The notes under the pieces: model-generated
The model's input: only the letters and a program-made list of their open reading frames with translations
Databases searched by the model: none
What the model was told of the DNA's origin: nothing
Translations under genes and position numbers: made by a program
NCBI GenBank assembly: GCA_031287415.1
Contig: JAITSY010000026.1
Location: forward strand, 3,503 to 67,502
Direction of reading: 5' to 3'
DNA: 64,000 nt
Source of the DNA: Candidatus Methanorbis basalitermitum
GTDB taxonomy: Archaea > Halobacteriota > Methanomicrobia > Methanomicrobiales > Methanocorpusculaceae
Shown here: positions 61,980-64,000 of the stretch, in pieces
Layout: each line of letters opens with the position of its first letter
Numbering within the stretch: the first letter of the stretch is position 1

Positions 61980-62360
61980 ATGAAGGAACAAACAGAAGTT
62001 GGTAAGCTCAAGGAAGGCCGCTACGTTGTCGTTGACGATGAGCCATGCAAAATCCAGAGCATCGCAATCTCCAAACCGGGAAAGCACGGAGCAGCAAAAG
62101 CAAGAATCGACGTTGTTGGTATTTTCGATGGCCAGAAACGTTCCGTTGTATCACCAACCTCCACAACCATTTATACACCTATCGTCGAGCGTAAGACAGG
62201 ACAAATCCTGACCATCGCAGGAAACGTTGTTACGTTCATGGATATGAAGGATTTCAACAACTTCGAACTCGTTGTTGAGGATGCCATCGCCGCAACCTTC
62301 CAGCCGGCTCAGGAGGTTCCCTACATCGAATCCCTCGGAAAGCGCAAGCTTGACCTCTGA
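61980..62360 (+). CDS. eif5a: Translation factor aIF-5A
   Basis: SKPGKHGAAK hypusination loop. Confidence 0.97.
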   Translation: MKEQTEVGKLKEGRYVVVDDEPCKIQSIAISKPGKHGAAKARIDVVGIFDGQKRSVVSPTSTTIYTPIVERKTGQILTIAGNVVTFMDMKDFNNFELVVEDAIAATFQPAQEVPYIESLGKRKLDL

Positions 62361-62367
62361 GACCACA

Positions 62368-63231
62368 ATGATGACTGTGCAATCTTTCTCAAACACCCTT
62401 TTTGCAGATGCCGAAAGTCCCTATCGCGATGCAGCATATGTCATTTTCGGCGCTCCTTTCGACGGAACAACATCATTCAGGGCAGGAACACGCGACGCAC
62501 CGGTTGCAATCCGTGCTGCCTCTTACAATTTCGAGACCTATCTGCCGTATTATGATGTCAATATGCTGGACATTCCCTTCCATGATATGGGAGATATGTA
62601 CTGCGACGTCCTGCCCAATCTTGTGGCAGATCAGGTGGAGAGTGTGGTTTCATCTCTGCAAAAGGACAAGAAAATTCCGGTAATGATCGGGGGTGAACAC
62701 TCGATCACGGTTGGTGCGGTTCGGGCACTCAGGCCCAGATGGTACATCGTCTGCGATGCCCATCTCGATCTGAAGGATGAGTTCCGCGGCTCACCCTTTA
62801 ATCATGATTGTGTCACGGCACGCGTCGCAGAAACCGTGAAAAAAATCATCATCATCGGTCCGCGCAGCGGTATCCGCGAGGAATTTGCTGAGGCACGCGA
62901 AAAATATCTGCTCTATACAGCAGATGATGTCTTTGAACGCGGCATGACAGAGATTCTTGATGAGATTGCAGGTCTAATCGGGGATGATTCGGTATATCTC
63001 TCAATCGATGCGGATGCCATTGACTGCTGCATAACGCCCGGACTTGGAACGCCAGAACCATTCGGGTTGACACCGAGAGATATTCAGTCGGTCATCAAAC
63101 GGATTGCAAAGAATGTTGTTGGATTCGATTATGTTGAGGTGCTTCCCACCGATGCCGGGGAGACAGCGATCGTCGCGGCGCATCTGATTCGGGAGTTCAT
63201 TGCGGAACACTATCATGCCCGCAGTGGATAA
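62368..63231 (+). CDS. speB: Agmatinase
   Basis: GGEHSIT, DAHLD, SIDADAID, GTPEPFG. Confidence 0.93.
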   Translation: MMTVQSFSNTLFADAESPYRDAAYVIFGAPFDGTTSFRAGTRDAPVAIRAASYNFETYLPYYDVNMLDIPFHDMGDMYCDVLPNLVADQVESVVSSLQKDKKIPVMIGGEHSITVGAVRALRPRWYIVCDAHLDLKDEFRGSPFNHDCVTARVAETVKKIIIIGPRSGIREEFAEAREKYLLYTADDVFERGMTEILDEIAGLIGDDSVYLSIDADAIDCCITPGLGTPEPFGLTPRDIQSVIKRIAKNVVGFDYVEVLPTDAGETAIVAAHLIREFIAEHYHARSG

Positions 63232-63334
63232 GTGCTATCCCCGCAGACTATTTTTCCGATGCGGTTTTTTGCCTCTAAAAAGGAGATGATGAACCGATTT
63301 TTTGGCAGGTTGTCTTATGACTGCAAAAAATGAA

Positions 63335-63400
63335 GGCTGCACACCTCTGATAGAGGTGTGCAGCGTTGCAGGGCAACGGGTTCCCGGCCGCCATGCAACT
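63335..63400 (+). repeat. Repeat family B copy with a perfect 13-bp hairpin
   Basis: gctgcacacctct-gat-agaggtgtgcagc...ccgccatgcaact. Confidence 0.87.
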
Positions 63401-63541
63401 GATGGTACCCAACCGTTGAAATTACTATTCACTCTCAGGTTGAACACCCAACTGCTCGCGGCATCTCAGAGTCAACAACCCCATATGCCTGCCACTTGCA
63501 TTATCAAAACTCATAAAAACTCACACACCAATTCATATATC

Positions 63542-63721
63542 ATGAAAGAAAAAATTCTAGATATCGCTGTCGGGGTCTCAGCCCTGATAGTGTTCAGCAT
63601 TTTGCTGTTCGTTTTGCCAAATGTCATGCCCGTAACATACGGCTACATTAGTGCATTAATTCTTTTTATCGGGTATCTGACTGTTGCAGGCCTGACGATC
63701 ATTAAGAAGACCATCACCTGA
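63542..63721 (+). CDS. Small two-TM membrane protein
   Basis: MKEKILDIAVG..., two hydrophobic helices. Confidence 0.7.
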   Translation: MKEKILDIAVGVSALIVFSILLFVLPNVMPVTYGYISALILFIGYLTVAGLTIIKKTIT

Positions 63722-63921
63722 ACGTCACCTGGAAAAAAACATGACGGAAGGGTATCGCTTTGTAAAAATCTATATCTGAGTGTCTTCCCATATTTCAGCA
63801 TACATCCAATTAGAAAGATATCACTTTGCAGGAACATATAGCTGATCTTTGCCACAATTTCATATCAATGGAATATCATTTTCGGGGAGAGCTAATTCTG
63901 CAAGCATTTTGCTTGTAACCA

Positions 63922-63954
63922 TTGCATGGCAGCGGGTTCCACTGCCATACAACT
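63922..63954. repeat. Family B right-end doublet (REP-like palindrome)
   Basis: ttgcatggcagcgg-gtt-ccactgccatacaa. Confidence 0.7.
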
Positions 63955-64000
63955 ATGTACGGAAGGGCCCTGCGTTGGATAGTCTCCATGGATTCGCATA

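Overview
64 kb of a methanogenic archaeal chromosome. Gene content and order suggest Methanomicrobiales, probably Methanocorpusculum-like; this is an inference, not a database result. Housekeeping genes are intact: RNase P RNA, tgtA-arcS, XPD, the rpl15e-rnp3-rnp2-psmA-SBDS-rpl37ae-rpoP-pcc1-pfdB operon, rnz, hypF, rpl7ae-rps28e-rpl24e-ndk, dtdA-ftsZ-secE-spt5-rpl11/1/10/12, mat, cdc48, hef, eIF5A-speB and four tRNAs. Against this background many genes are selectively broken: argC/argJ/argB, hisG, a 5'-nucleotidase, a heavy-metal ATPase, a regulator and a surface protein, which suggests an eroding host-associated genome. Three unannotated dispersed repeat families are present, with no transposase in the window: a 111-bp AT-rich element (4 copies), a modular TGCA-rich element with short inverted ends (about 12 or more copies), and a GCTGCAAAGCC hairpin family. 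The TGCA-rich family sits at pseudogene breakpoints, brackets an ADP-ribosylglycohydrolase, supplies a stop codon and appears inserted in frame inside the DNA-repair gene ogt. Other highlights are a tandem pair of coiled-coil RmuC-like proteins with apparently dead nuclease motifs next to xpd/ogt, an unannotated 53-aa Cys-rich microprotein, L7Ae and L1 autoregulatory RNA motifs, and a kb-scale sawtooth C/G strand skew.
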